Source of the DNA: Actinomycetota bacterium
Lineage (GTDB): Bacteria > Actinomycetota > UBA4738 > HRBIN12
NCBI GenBank assembly: GCA_026003015.1
Contig: BPGL01000001.1
Span: forward strand, 902,913-966,912
DNA length: 64,000 nt
Direction: 5' to 3'
In this document: positions 55,902 to 64,000 of the stretch, piece after piece
Layout: every line of letters starts with the position of its first letter
Position numbering within the stretch: the stretch's first letter is position 1
Program-made: the position numbers and the translations under genes
Notes under the pieces: generated by a model
Database searches by the model: none
What the model was told of the DNA's origin: nothing
The model's input: only the letters and a program-made list of their open reading frames with translations

Positions 55902-56911
55902 AGGTCTCCCTCGTCGCGACGGTGCTGGACGCCCGCGAACGCGTCGGGCCGTTCCTCACCTCGATCGCGGCCCAGACCCGGCCCCCCGACGAGATCGTGA
56001 TCGTCGACGGGGGCTCGACCGACGGCACGCTGGACGTCGTGCGCGCCGCCCGCGGCGTCGTCGTTCTCGAGGAGCCGGGGGCGTCGATCGCCCGAGGTCG
56101 CAACCTCGCGATCGCGCGCTCGACCCACGAGGTGATCGCCGTCGCCGACGCCGACTGCCTCTACGAGCCGGGGTGGCTCGCCGCCCTCATGCGGACGATC
56201 GAGGAGGGCGCCGACGTCGCGATGGGGTGGTACGAGCCCATCGTCGAGGGGCTCTGGGACGCCTGCCTCGCGTCGGTGAACCTGCCGCTCACCCCGGCGG
56301 AGATCGACCCCGACCGCTTCATGCCGAGCGCCCGGTCGGTGGCGTTCCGACGGGAGGCGATCGAGGCCGTCGGTGGCTACCCGGAGTGGCTCCCTATCGG
56401 GGAGGACATGTGGGTGAACCACCGGTGGCGCGAGCGCGGCCTCGACCTGCGCTTCGCGCCCGACGCCGTGGCGCGCTGGCCGCTGCGGCCGGATCCCGCG
56501 GCGGTGTGGCGCCAGTACCTGCGCTACGCGCGGGGGGACGCCCACGCGGGGATGTACCCCGAGCGTCACGCGCTCCGGGTGGCGGTCTACGGCGGGCTCG
56601 CGGCCGCGCTCGTGAGCCGACGCCGCTGGCCGCTCGCGCTCGCCGCCCTCGGCGGGTTCGCGTACGCCCGCACACCGATCCGACGGGCGTGGAGCCGTCT
56701 CGGCGCCCCCGCAGAGCGGGCAGCCGCCGCGGTCCTCGTGCCGACGCTCATGGCCTGGATCGACCTCGCGAAGCTCGCCGGCTACGGGATCGGGCTCGTG
56801 GACCGACTGCGCGGCCGCGCCGGCCCTCAGTACGCGAAGAAGCCCCGGCCGCTCTTGCGACCGAGGCGTCCGAGCTCGACCATGCGACGAAGGAGCGGCG
56901 GCGGCGCGTAG
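55898..56911 (+). CDS. Family 2 glycosyltransferase
   Basis: ATGA overlap with the upstream gene. IVIVDGGSTDGT ... AVADADCLYEPGWL GT-A motifs. The C-terminal tail overlaps convergent hbd by ~85 nt, so the true stop may be earlier. Confidence 0.7.
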   Translation: MKVSLVATVLDARERVGPFLTSIAAQTRPPDEIVIVDGGSTDGTLDVVRAARGVVVLEEPGASIARGRNLAIARSTHEVIAVADADCLYEPGWLAALMRTIEEGADVAMGWYEPIVEGLWDACLASVNLPLTPAEIDPDRFMPSARSVAFRREAIEAVGGYPEWLPIGEDMWVNHRWRERGLDLRFAPDAVARWPLRPDPAAVWRQYLRYARGDAHAGMYPERHALRVAVYGGLAAALVSRRRWPLALAALGGFAYARTPIRRAWSRLGAPAERAAAAVLVPTLMAWIDLAKLAGYGIGLVDRLRGRAGPQYAKKPRPLLRPRRPSSTMRRRSGGGA

Positions 56912-57684
56912 GCGGGGTCGCCGAACTCCGCGTGGAGCACCTCGGCGGTCTGCAGCACGACGTCGAGGCCGACCAGGTCGGCCAACGCGAGCGGCCCCAT
57001 CGGATGCCGGAGCCCGGCGGTGATCGCCAGGTCCAGGTCCTCCGCGGAGGCCACGCCCTCGTCGAGCAAGCGGATCGCGCCGCACAGGTACGGGATCAGG
57101 AGGCGGTTCACGATGAACCCGGCGCGATCGGCGGAGCGCACCGTCCGCTTGCCCAGTCGTCGGGCGAACCCCTCGACGAGCTCGACGGTGGCCGCCGAGG
57201 TCGCGAGCGACGGCGTCACCTCGACGAGCTCCATCCGCGGGACCGGGTTGAAGAAGTGCAGGCCGACGACCCGGTCGGGGCGCGTGGTCGCCGCGGCGAG
57301 CGAGGCGATCGGGATCGAGGAGGTGTTCGAGGCGAGCACGACCTCGTCGGCCACGATCCCGTCCAGGGCCCGGAGGATGTCGGCCTTGATCGACCGATCC
57401 TCGGTCGCGGCCTCGATCACGAGGTCGACCTCGGCGAGGGCCCCGAGCTCGGTCGCGCCCCGGGTCCGGGCCAGGGCCGCGTCGCGCTCATCCGGGTCGA
57501 GGCGGCCGGCGTCCACGGCTCGAACGAGCTCCCGCTCCAGTCGCTGGCGCCCGTGCTCCAACCGCTCCGCCGTCGGCTCCACGTAGACGACCTCGAGCCC
57601 GGCCTGCGCGGCGACCTGCACGATGCCGGCGCCCATCACGCCGACACCGACCACCCCGACGCGTCGGATGTCCTCGGCCCGCAC
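56827..57684 (-). CDS. hbd: 3-hydroxybutyryl-CoA dehydrogenase
   Basis: VGVVGVGVMGAGIVQVAAQAG Rossmann motif, SNTSSIPI, HFFNPVPRMELVEV, and the C-terminal GRKSGRGFFAY ending characteristic of Hbd. Confidence 0.9.
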   Translation of the reverse strand: MRAEDIRRVGVVGVGVMGAGIVQVAAQAGLEVVYVEPTAERLEHGRQRLERELVRAVDAGRLDPDERDAALARTRGATELGALAEVDLVIEAATEDRSIKADILRALDGIVADEVVLASNTSSIPIASLAAATTRPDRVVGLHFFNPVPRMELVEVTPSLATSAATVELVEGFARRLGKRTVRSADRAGFIVNRLLIPYLCGAIRLLDEGVASAEDLDLAITAGLRHPMGPLALADLVGLDVVLQTAEVLHAEFGDPAYAPPPLLRRMVELGRLGRKSGRGFFAY

Positions 57685-57705
57685 CCGTCCTCTCCTCGCC
57701 GGAGC

Positions 57706-58281
57706 CTACGACACGTCGGCCCGCGCGGGGGGCGTTCGCCCAGCGGCCGGCCCCAGGTGATCCTCGAGGGCCCGGAAGGGCTCCGGCCGGTGCCCGACGA
57801 GGAACGGGCGCCAGCCCTCCAACGCCCGGGCCGCGACGGGGTCCTGGTCGACGAGCCAGGCCAGGTGCCGGAGCGTGTGGCCGAGCACCTGGCCCGGATC
57901 GATCCGCTCGGGCGGCGAGGTCGCCTCGCCCACGGCCACGGGGGCGGCGTCGAGGGGCTCGAGCTCGACGGTCGGACTCGTCGGCGGGTCGACGACGGCC
58001 ACGTAGGTGAGCACCACCGACCCCTCGTCGAACCGCCAGGAGGTCGAGTGGACGAACCGCGGTCGAAGCCCGAGCGCCTCGACGAGGCCGACGACGCGCG
58101 CGTGGGGGTGCTCGTCGCCGCTGGGGACCCGGAGCTGCCCGTTCGGCCTCGGCGCCCGTGAAGCGCCGGGGGCCCCCCGCACCGGCTCGGCCCCCGGCGT
58201 CTCGGGCGGACGGATCCGGCGGATCCCCGCCTCGGTCGCGCACAGGAGCAGCACCTCGACGAGCACCTGCTGCAGGCTCAT
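57706..58281 (-). CDS. Hypothetical protein (191 aa)
   Basis: An ORF from the ATG at 58281 with consistent GC3 bias. No recognised domain. The track's 886-aa ORF on this strand is an over-extension. Confidence 0.35.
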   Translation of the reverse strand: MSLQQVLVEVLLLCATEAGIRRIRPPETPGAEPVRGAPGASRAPRPNGQLRVPSGDEHPHARVVGLVEALGLRPRFVHSTSWRFDEGSVVLTYVAVVDPPTSPTVELEPLDAAPVAVGEATSPPERIDPGQVLGHTLRHLAWLVDQDPVAARALEGWRPFLVGHRPEPFRALEDHLGPAAGRTPPARADVS

Positions 58282-58326
58282 GCAGATGCATGATACTGCA
58301 TCAGCTCCAAGCCGGCCCCGGGTACG

Positions 58327-58905
58327 ATGTGCTGCGTGGACGGTGCCGCCCCGCGCGCTCGGTGGCTCGCCCCGCTGATCGCCGCAGGGGTGCTGGCCGG
58401 CCACGCGCTCACCTACGCGATCGTCCGGCCCGACGCCCACGAGCGCGCCGCGGCCCTCGCGGCCAGCGGCCACGGGTACCTGGATCGGATCGCCCTGCCC
58501 CTGGCCGTCATCGCGATCGTCGCCCTGGCCGCGGCCGGCGTCCGCGGGCTGGCGGCGCCCTCGCGCGTCCCCACCCTGCTCGCGCGCTGCGTCGGCGCGC
58601 AGGTGGGGCTGTTCGGCGCGATGGAGGTCGTCGAGCGATGGCTCGCCGGCGCGCCACTCGCCGACCTCCTCCACGGCGACGTGCTCCTCGTCGGGCTCGT
58701 CGTCCAGATCGTCCTCGGCGCCGGGCTGGCCTGGCTGCTTCGCCGCCTGTTCGCACTCGGCGCCGAGCTCGCCGGGGCGCGACCGGTCACGCCGCCGCAG
58801 CCGGCGATCATCGCCCTGGGCGGGGCCCTCGCGCCGGCCCGTCGCACGGCCGCGGCGCTCGCCTGGCCGGGGCCGCGAGCCCCTCCACGGCGACCCGTCG
58901 CTTGA
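58327..58905 (+). CDS. Hypothetical integral membrane protein (about 4 TM)
   Basis: Hydrophobic helices (LAPLIAAGVLAGHALTYAIV, ALPLAVIAIVALAAAGV, VLLVGLVVQIVLGAGLAWLL). Divergent from the upstream gene across an AT-richer spacer. Confidence 0.35.
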   Translation: MCCVDGAAPRARWLAPLIAAGVLAGHALTYAIVRPDAHERAAALAASGHGYLDRIALPLAVIAIVALAAAGVRGLAAPSRVPTLLARCVGAQVGLFGAMEVVERWLAGAPLADLLHGDVLLVGLVVQIVLGAGLAWLLRRLFALGAELAGARPVTPPQPAIIALGGALAPARRTAAALAWPGPRAPPRRPVA

Positions 58906-58971
58906 TCCGGATCCCCGGCGGGAGCCCACGAGGGCTCTGCCGGTGCTCATGAGACGGAAGGAGTTCGTGCG

Positions 58972-59649
58972 ATGGGAACGATGCGACGCACCGTGTCCGC
59001 GCTCGCCGTCGCCGCGGGGCTCGTCGGGCTCCTCGGCGGCGCGCGTCCCGCGCTTGCCCACGAAGCCCACGCGATGGGCGACCTGGAGCTGGTGATCGGG
59101 TTCGGCACCGAGCCCGCCTACGCGGGGATGCCGAACAGTGTCCAGGTGCTCGTGCGTCACGACGGGGAGCCGGTCACGAACCTTCGGCCCGGCGACCTGC
59201 GGGTCGAGGTCACCTACGGCGACGCGACGAGCGAGTTCGAGCTCGAGCCGTTCTTCCGGGTCGGGGTCTTCGGTGAGCCCGGCGACTACCGCGCCTGGTT
59301 CGTCCCCTCTCAGCCCGGCGACTACACGTTCCACGTCATGGGGCGCGTCGAGGGCGAACGGGTCGACACGTCCGTCACCTCCGGGCCCGACACGTTCTCG
59401 CCGGTGATCGACCCCGTGGCCGAGGCGTTCCCACCCGTCCAGGCACCGACGAACGCCGAGCTCGCCGAGCGCCTCGAACGAGAGGCCTCGCGCAGCACAG
59501 AGGCGATCGCGCGGGCCAACGACGCCGCGGCCGCCGCGACGGACGCCGCGGCGAGCGCGCGCACCATCGGGGTCCTCGGCACGGCGCTCGGGGCCGCGGG
59601 CCTGGCGGTCGGCGGTGCGGCCCTGCTGCGACGCCGGACCGCCGGGTAG
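58972..59649 (+). CDS. YcnI-like (DUF1775-like) secreted copper-binding protein with a C-terminal membrane anchor
   Basis: Signal peptide ...GARPALA followed by a mature N-terminal His (HEAHAMGD), consistent with a His-brace. A C-terminal TM segment GVLGTALGAAGLAVGGAALL. Sits immediately upstream of copC-copD, as B. subtilis ycnI does with ycnJ. Confidence 0.5.
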   Translation: MGTMRRTVSALAVAAGLVGLLGGARPALAHEAHAMGDLELVIGFGTEPAYAGMPNSVQVLVRHDGEPVTNLRPGDLRVEVTYGDATSEFELEPFFRVGVFGEPGDYRAWFVPSQPGDYTFHVMGRVEGERVDTSVTSGPDTFSPVIDPVAEAFPPVQAPTNAELAERLEREASRSTEAIARANDAAAAATDAAASARTIGVLGTALGAAGLAVGGAALLRRRTAG

Positions 59650-59655
59650 TCGACC

Positions 59656-60231
59656 GTGCCGCGACCGCTCGCACTGCTCGCCCACGCGGGCGCGGCCGAC
59701 GAGTCGCTCGCGATGGCCATGGTCGTCGCGAGCCTGTGGATCGCCTGGGTGGGATGGTCGCGGCTGCGCGGGACCGGGTTCCCGCGTATTCCTCGGTGGA
59801 GCGCGGCCGCGCTGCTGGGCAGCGCGGCCGCGCTCCTCGTGGCGTCCGCGATCGTGCCGCGCGCCGTGCTCGGGCCCTCCACCCCCTCCCCCGCGGCCGG
59901 CCCCCGGCCGAGCTCGACCGCGACCCTGCGCGTCGTGGAGCCCGCGCCCGGTACGCTCGTTCGCGGCGATCGCCTCCGGGTCGTGCTCGCCCTCGAGGGC
60001 GGCCGGATCGTCGAGTCGGCCTCGACGGAGCTGCGGCCCGACACCGGGCACGTCCACGTCGTCGTCGACGGACGGATGGTCTCGATGACCTACGGAACCC
60101 TGCAGATCGTGGACCTCTCGGGCCTCACGCCGGGTCGCCACGAGCTCGAGGCCGAGTTCGTCGCCGCCGACCACGCACCCTTCGCCCCCCGCGTGCTCGC
60201 CCGGACCTGGTTCCGGTTGGAGGAAGGGTGA
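59656..60231 (+). CDS. Membrane/secreted protein with a conserved His-rich domain (GHVHVVVDG ... ADHAPF), tentatively DUF4399-like; paralog of 62168..62588
   Basis: N-terminal hydrophobic segments, then a domain sharing RVVEP-G-V-GD-L-V-L...RPD-GH-HV--D-----SM...G-H-L--EFVA-DHAPF-PRV with the downstream paralog. The GTG start follows the upstream TAG. Confidence 0.45.
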   Translation: MPRPLALLAHAGAADESLAMAMVVASLWIAWVGWSRLRGTGFPRIPRWSAAALLGSAAALLVASAIVPRAVLGPSTPSPAAGPRPSSTATLRVVEPAPGTLVRGDRLRVVLALEGGRIVESASTELRPDTGHVHVVVDGRMVSMTYGTLQIVDLSGLTPGRHELEAEFVAADHAPFAPRVLARTWFRLEEG

Positions 60232-62178
60232 ACGTGCGCCGCGCCCTTGGGGTCGTGCTCCCCGTGGCGGCGCTCGCCGTCCTCGTCCTCGCGCGGCCGG
60301 CCCTCGCCCACGCGGGGTTCCGCTCCTCCGATCCCGCCGACGGCGCGAGGCTCGAGCGGTCTCCAACGACGATCACCCTCACGTTCACCGAGGCCGTGGA
60401 CCCGAGCATCTCCACCGTCCGCCTCCTCGACGCCGCCGGCCGCGCCGTTGCGACGGGGTCGCCGGAGCAGCCGACGGCCGAGGTCCTCCGCCTGCCGCTG
60501 CCCGAGCCGCTGGCCCGCGGCAGCTACACCGTGACCTGGCTCGTCGTCTCTGCGGTCGATGGCCACGTGACCTCCGGGGCGATCGCGTTCGGCGTCGGTG
60601 TCGAGCCCGGTGAGGCCGCCGCGACCGCGACCCCCCCCGGCCCCGTCAACCGCGTCGCCCCTCGGGATCGGCGCGAGAACGCTCCTGCTCGTCGGCGTCG
60701 CCCTGTTGCTCGGGCTCGGCGCCGTCGGCGCACACGTCCTCGAGACGACGCCGGCCTCCCTTCGCCCCCTCGCCGTCGCCGCCGGGCTCGCGACGTTCGG
60801 CGGCGCGGCCCTCCTCGTCGCGGCCGAGGTCGCCCTGCTCGACCGGCCCGCCGTGGCCGTGTTGGCGTCGGAGCCCGGCGAGCGCCTCCTCCGCCTGCTG
60901 ATCGGCGCCGGCCTGGCCGCGGCGGTGGCCGTCGTCGCCGCGGCCAGGCCCCGGCGCGCCACGCTCACCGCGGCCGGCGCCGCCGGCGCGGTCGTCGCCG
61001 TCCTGCGCGCGGGCGCGGGCCACGCCGCCCCCGCGCCGGTGGACCAGGCGCTGCAGGCGGCGCACATCCTGGCGGTCGGCGGCTGGATCGGCGGGCTGGC
61101 CGTCCTGCTCGTGGCGTTGCGCGCCGGCGTGCCCGATCCGGTCCGAACGACCCGCCGGTTCTCGGCGACGGCCCTCGTCGCGGCGGCCGTCGTCGTGCTC
61201 ACCGGGACGCTGCGCGCCTGGTCGGAGACCGGCGGCCCCGCCGCGCTCGCCGAGACCGCGACCACGGCCTACGGACGCCTGCTCGGCCTGAAGGTCGTCG
61301 CCGCGCTGGCCCTGATCGCCCTGGGGGCGCGCAACCGTCGTCGGTCGCTCCCGGCCCTGGCCGCCGGCGACCCCGCGCCCCTCCGCCGCGTCGGGACGGC
61401 CGAGCTCTTGGTCGCCCTCGGCGTCTTCGCGCTCACCGGAGCCCTCACGTCGGTCCCCCCTCGTCCCACCGACGCGGTGCCCGTGCGGCCCCCCGCGATC
61501 CGCGCGGAGGGCCTGGACTTCGCCACCACGGTCCGAGCCTCGCTCAGCGTCACCCCGGGGCTGCCCGGCTCCAACGTCTTCGCGCTCGAGCTCATCGACC
61601 CCGACCGCGGGGACCCCGTGAACGCCGACGAGGTGTCGCTCACGCTCGAGCCGGTCGCCGGCGGGGTTCCGGCCCAGCGGGTCGAGCTGCGCCCGTCGGG
61701 GACGGCCTGGCGTGCCGAGAGCTCGGCCCTGGCGATCGCCGGCACGTGGCGGGCGACCGTTCGGGTCGTGCGGGGGTCCCAGGCGGTCGAGGTGCCGCTC
61801 GTCGTCACGACCCGCGTCGACGGCGCGCGCTCGAGCGTCGTCGAGGCCCCCGGGCAGCTGGCGATCACGACGATCGCCTACCGCGACGGCACATCCGCTC
61901 AGCTCTACCTGGACCCGGGCGATCCCGGCCCGAACCAGCTGCACGCCACCGTGTTCGACGCCGCCGGCGAGGAGCTCCAGATCCTCCACCCCACCCTCGT
62001 CGTCGTCGCCCCGGACGGCTCCGCAGCGCGGGCGGATCTCCTACGCTTCGGGCCGGGGCACGTCGTGGCGGAGCTCGACCTGGAGCCGGGGATGTGGGTG
62101 TTCGACCTCACCGGATCGACGCCGGGGGGCGGATCGGTGCAGGCGACCCTGCGCGCGCGAGTGGAGCCCGCGCCGTGA
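60228..62178 (+). CDS. CopC-CopD fusion copper transport protein with a C-terminal YtkA/Ig-like domain (YcnJ-like), with a frameshift in a C8 homopolymer (60631-60638)
   Basis: CopC domain in frame 0: signal peptide then AHAGFRSSDPADGARLERSPTTITLTFTEAVD...SYTVTWLVVSAVDGHVTSGAIAFGV. The CopD TM domain and C-terminal beta domains are in frame +1, starting at 60598. The junction is at cccccccc. Confidence 0.75.
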
Positions 62179-62588
62179 GGCGGCTGCTTCCGGTCGCGCT
62201 CTCGATCGCCCTGGCGGCCGTGGCGTGCGGAGGCGAGCCGTCCCCCCCGGGACCCGGCGCGCCGTCGCCGCGGCCCTCGACCCGGGCCCTCCTTCGGATC
62301 GAGGAGCCCCGCAACGGGGAGGTGATCCGCGGCGATCGCGTCCGGATCGTGCTGTCGCTGTCGGGGGCGCGGCTGGCCGAGACGGCGAGGACCGAGGTGC
62401 GGCCCGACGAGGGCCACCTCCACGTGATGCTCGACGACCGGCTGCTGTCGATGACCGGGCGGCTCGAGCAGGTGATCCGCGACGTCGAGCCCGGCGAGCA
62501 CCTGCTGCGGGTGGAGTTCGTCGCCAACGACCACGCGCCCTTCGACCCGCGCGTGATCCAGGCGGTGACCTTCGAGGTCCGACGGTGA
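62168..62588 (+). CDS. Putative lipoprotein with the same His-rich domain (GHLHVMLDD ... NDHAPFDPRV), tentatively DUF4399-like
   Basis: The GTG at 62168 overlaps the copD stop. Signal peptide with Cys (IALAAVACGG). The domain is clearly paralogous to 59656..60231. Confidence 0.5.
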
Positions 62589-63184
62589 GCCGACGGGCCC
62601 CAGCACCACCGACGTCGGCGCCGGAGGCGGCGGGCGGTCGTGGGTCGGCGGCGGCCCCGGGCGGGGCGTCCCTGTCCGTCGTCGCGCTCGGCGCCGCGCT
62701 CCTCGCGGTCCGACCCTGGATCCCGGGGAGCGTCGCGGGCGCCGCGCTCCCGATCGCGCTCGTGGTCGCCGGACTGCTCGCCCCGGCGCCGACGGCCTCG
62801 TCGAGGCCGGCCCCCCTCGGTCGCGCGCCGGTCCTCCTCGTCGGGCTCGCCGGCCTCGGCGCGGCGAGCCTGGTCGCCGGCGCCGCGCCGCCCCTGCACA
62901 CCTCGACCTGGACCCTGCCGCTCGCCCTGGTCGCCGCCGTCGGCGAGGAGGCGCTGTTCCGCCGGCACCTGTTCGGCGTGCTCGAGCGCGTCGGCGCGTT
63001 CGCGGCGATCGGCGGCGCGGCGGTCGCCTTCGCGATCGTGCACCTCCCCTCGTACGGACCGGCGGCGCTGCCGATCGACCTCGGCGCCGGGCTCGTGTTC
63101 GGCTGGCAGCGGTGGGCGAGCGGTGACTGGCGGGTCGCCGCCGCGACCCACGCGCTCGCGAACCTCGCCGCGCTCGTCCGATGA
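62585..63184 (+). CDS. CPBP-family (CAAX/Abi) intramembrane metalloprotease
   Basis: EEALFRRHLFG (EExxxR), FAIVHL (FxxxH) and HALANL (HxxxN) motifs in TM helices. The GTGA overlap with the upstream gene confirms the start. Confidence 0.7.
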   Translation: MSRRAPAPPTSAPEAAGGRGSAAAPGGASLSVVALGAALLAVRPWIPGSVAGAALPIALVVAGLLAPAPTASSRPAPLGRAPVLLVGLAGLGAASLVAGAAPPLHTSTWTLPLALVAAVGEEALFRRHLFGVLERVGAFAAIGGAAVAFAIVHLPSYGPAALPIDLGAGLVFGWQRWASGDWRVAAATHALANLAALVR

Positions 63185-64000
63185 CCCGTCGTACGGCCCT
63201 CGCGCTCGCGCTCCTGGTCGCGGCGACCGCCTGCACGCGGGTCGGCGAGCCGACACCCCTGCGCGTCGGCGCCCTGTACCCCCTGTCGGGGAGCCAGGGG
63301 CCGGGGGGGATCGACGAGCACCGGGGGGTGCTGCTCGCCGCGGAGCTTGCGGGTGGACAACCGAGGGGCGTCGGGCCGATCGAGGTCGTCTCGATCGACG
63401 TGCCGGCGGCCGACGCTGCGCCGGGCGCGGTCGCCGCTTTGGACGAGGCGGGCGTCGACCTCGTCGTCGGCTCCTACGGCAGCACGATCTCCGCGGTGAT
63501 CGCACGGGCCACGGCGGCGCGCGGGCTGCTGTTCTGGGAGACGGGGGCGGTGGGGATGCTCCCGCCCGGCGTGGCCCGAGGCGAGCTCACGTTCCGGATG
63601 GCACCGACCGGCGCGGTCCTCGGACGCAACGCGATCGCCTTCGTGGCCGAGCGGCTCGCGGGCGAGCTCGGCCGCTCCCCGTCGTCGCTGCGCTTCGGAG
63701 TCGCCTTCGTCCGCGACGCCTACGGACGAGCGGTCGCGCGCGGCGCCCTCGCGGAGATCCGGGAGCGCGGCCTCCACCTGGTGGGGCGCTTCGGGTACGA
63801 CGCCCTCAACACGCACTGGCGGGCCTTCGCCAGGCGGATCGAGCGCGCCGGCGTCGAGGTGCTGTTCGTGAGCGCCTACCTCGAGGACGGCATCGCGATG
63901 CGTCGCGCGATCGTGCGCGAGGACGTGCCCCTCGTCGCGAGCATCGGCACCTCCTCGAGCTACTGCATGCCCGAGTTCGGCGCGGCGCTCGGCCCCGACG
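63181..64000 (+). CDS. ABC transporter substrate-binding protein (type I periplasmic binding fold, Liv-like), partial at the right edge
   Basis: ATGA overlap at the start. Signal/lipoprotein-like N-terminus (LLVAATACT) and an LRVGALYPLSGSQGPGG...VVGSYGST PBP1 pattern. The ORF runs off the window. Confidence 0.7.
   Translation, partial: MTRRTALALALLVAATACTRVGEPTPLRVGALYPLSGSQGPGGIDEHRGVLLAAELAGGQPRGVGPIEVVSIDVPAADAAPGAVAALDEAGVDLVVGSYGSTISAVIARATAARGLLFWETGAVGMLPPGVARGELTFRMAPTGAVLGRNAIAFVAERLAGELGRSPSSLRFGVAFVRDAYGRAVARGALAEIRERGLHLVGRFGYDALNTHWRAFARRIERAGVEVLFVSAYLEDGIAMRRAIVREDVPLVASIGTSSSYCMPEFGAALGPD

Noticed and set aside
57706-60366. 886-aa minus-strand ORF
   Set aside because: Only the C-terminal 191 aa, from the ATG at 58281, look protein-like. 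Upstream it is antisense to the copper-operon genes.
1-64000. Search for CRISPR arrays, IS elements or transposases, integrases, rRNA and tRNA
   Set aside because: No direct-repeat/spacer arrays, no transposase- or integrase-like ORFs, and no intergenic region long enough or structured enough for tRNA or rRNA. The only tandem repeats are intragenic, in the KA-rich gene and the fbiB linker.

Overview
The window is very high-GC (~72%) actinobacterial chromosomal DNA. F420 genes, whiB, an LCP ligase, a SigK/RskA-like pair and a DosS/DosR-like pair all point to Actinobacteria. Almost the whole window is protein-coding, and I see no rRNA, tRNA, CRISPR array or IS element. From left to right it contains:

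- a truncated GT2 glycosyltransferase
- a Lys/Ala-rich histone-H1-like repeat protein
- whiB
- an F420 cluster (fbiC divergent from fbiA-fbiB)
- two tandem DUF3105 paralogs
- a SpoIID/LytB-LGFP cell-wall protein that appears frameshifted
- a ~13 kb cell-wall glycopolymer locus: manC-like, GT2 with a small DMT flippase-like gene, a wzt/wzm ABC exporter, several GT4 genes, rmlD-rmlB, rmlA and an LCP ligase
- an ECF sigma / anti-sigma pair
- a GAF sensor kinase, a lipoprotein multicopper oxidase and a NarL-type regulator
- acnA and a thioesterase
- a four-gene nurA-like / herA / sbcD(mre11) / sbcC(rad50) operon of archaeal DNA-end-resection type
- a large membrane-anchored coiled-coil protein with a degenerate histidine-kinase-like C-terminus
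- thiolase, an FtsH-like protease, ccr, an epimerase and hbd (ethylmalonyl-CoA-type acyl-CoA metabolism)
- pgl-gnd divergent from zwf
- a Cas4-like PD-(D/E)XK nuclease
- an overlapping-gene operon pccB-accE-cupin-GT4-GT2
- a copper-handling operon (YcnI-like, two DUF paralogs, a copC-copD fusion, a CPBP protease), followed by a partial ABC substrate-binding protein

The two most notable observations are the complete nurA-herA-mre11-rad50 operon in a bacterium and a pattern of single-nucleotide frameshifts in G/C homopolymer runs. Those frameshifts affect the spoIID-like gene, pccB (four times) and copC-copD, and indicate either sequencing indel errors or gene decay. Many long ORFs in the supplied track are GC-rich wrong-frame or antisense artefacts and were rejected.
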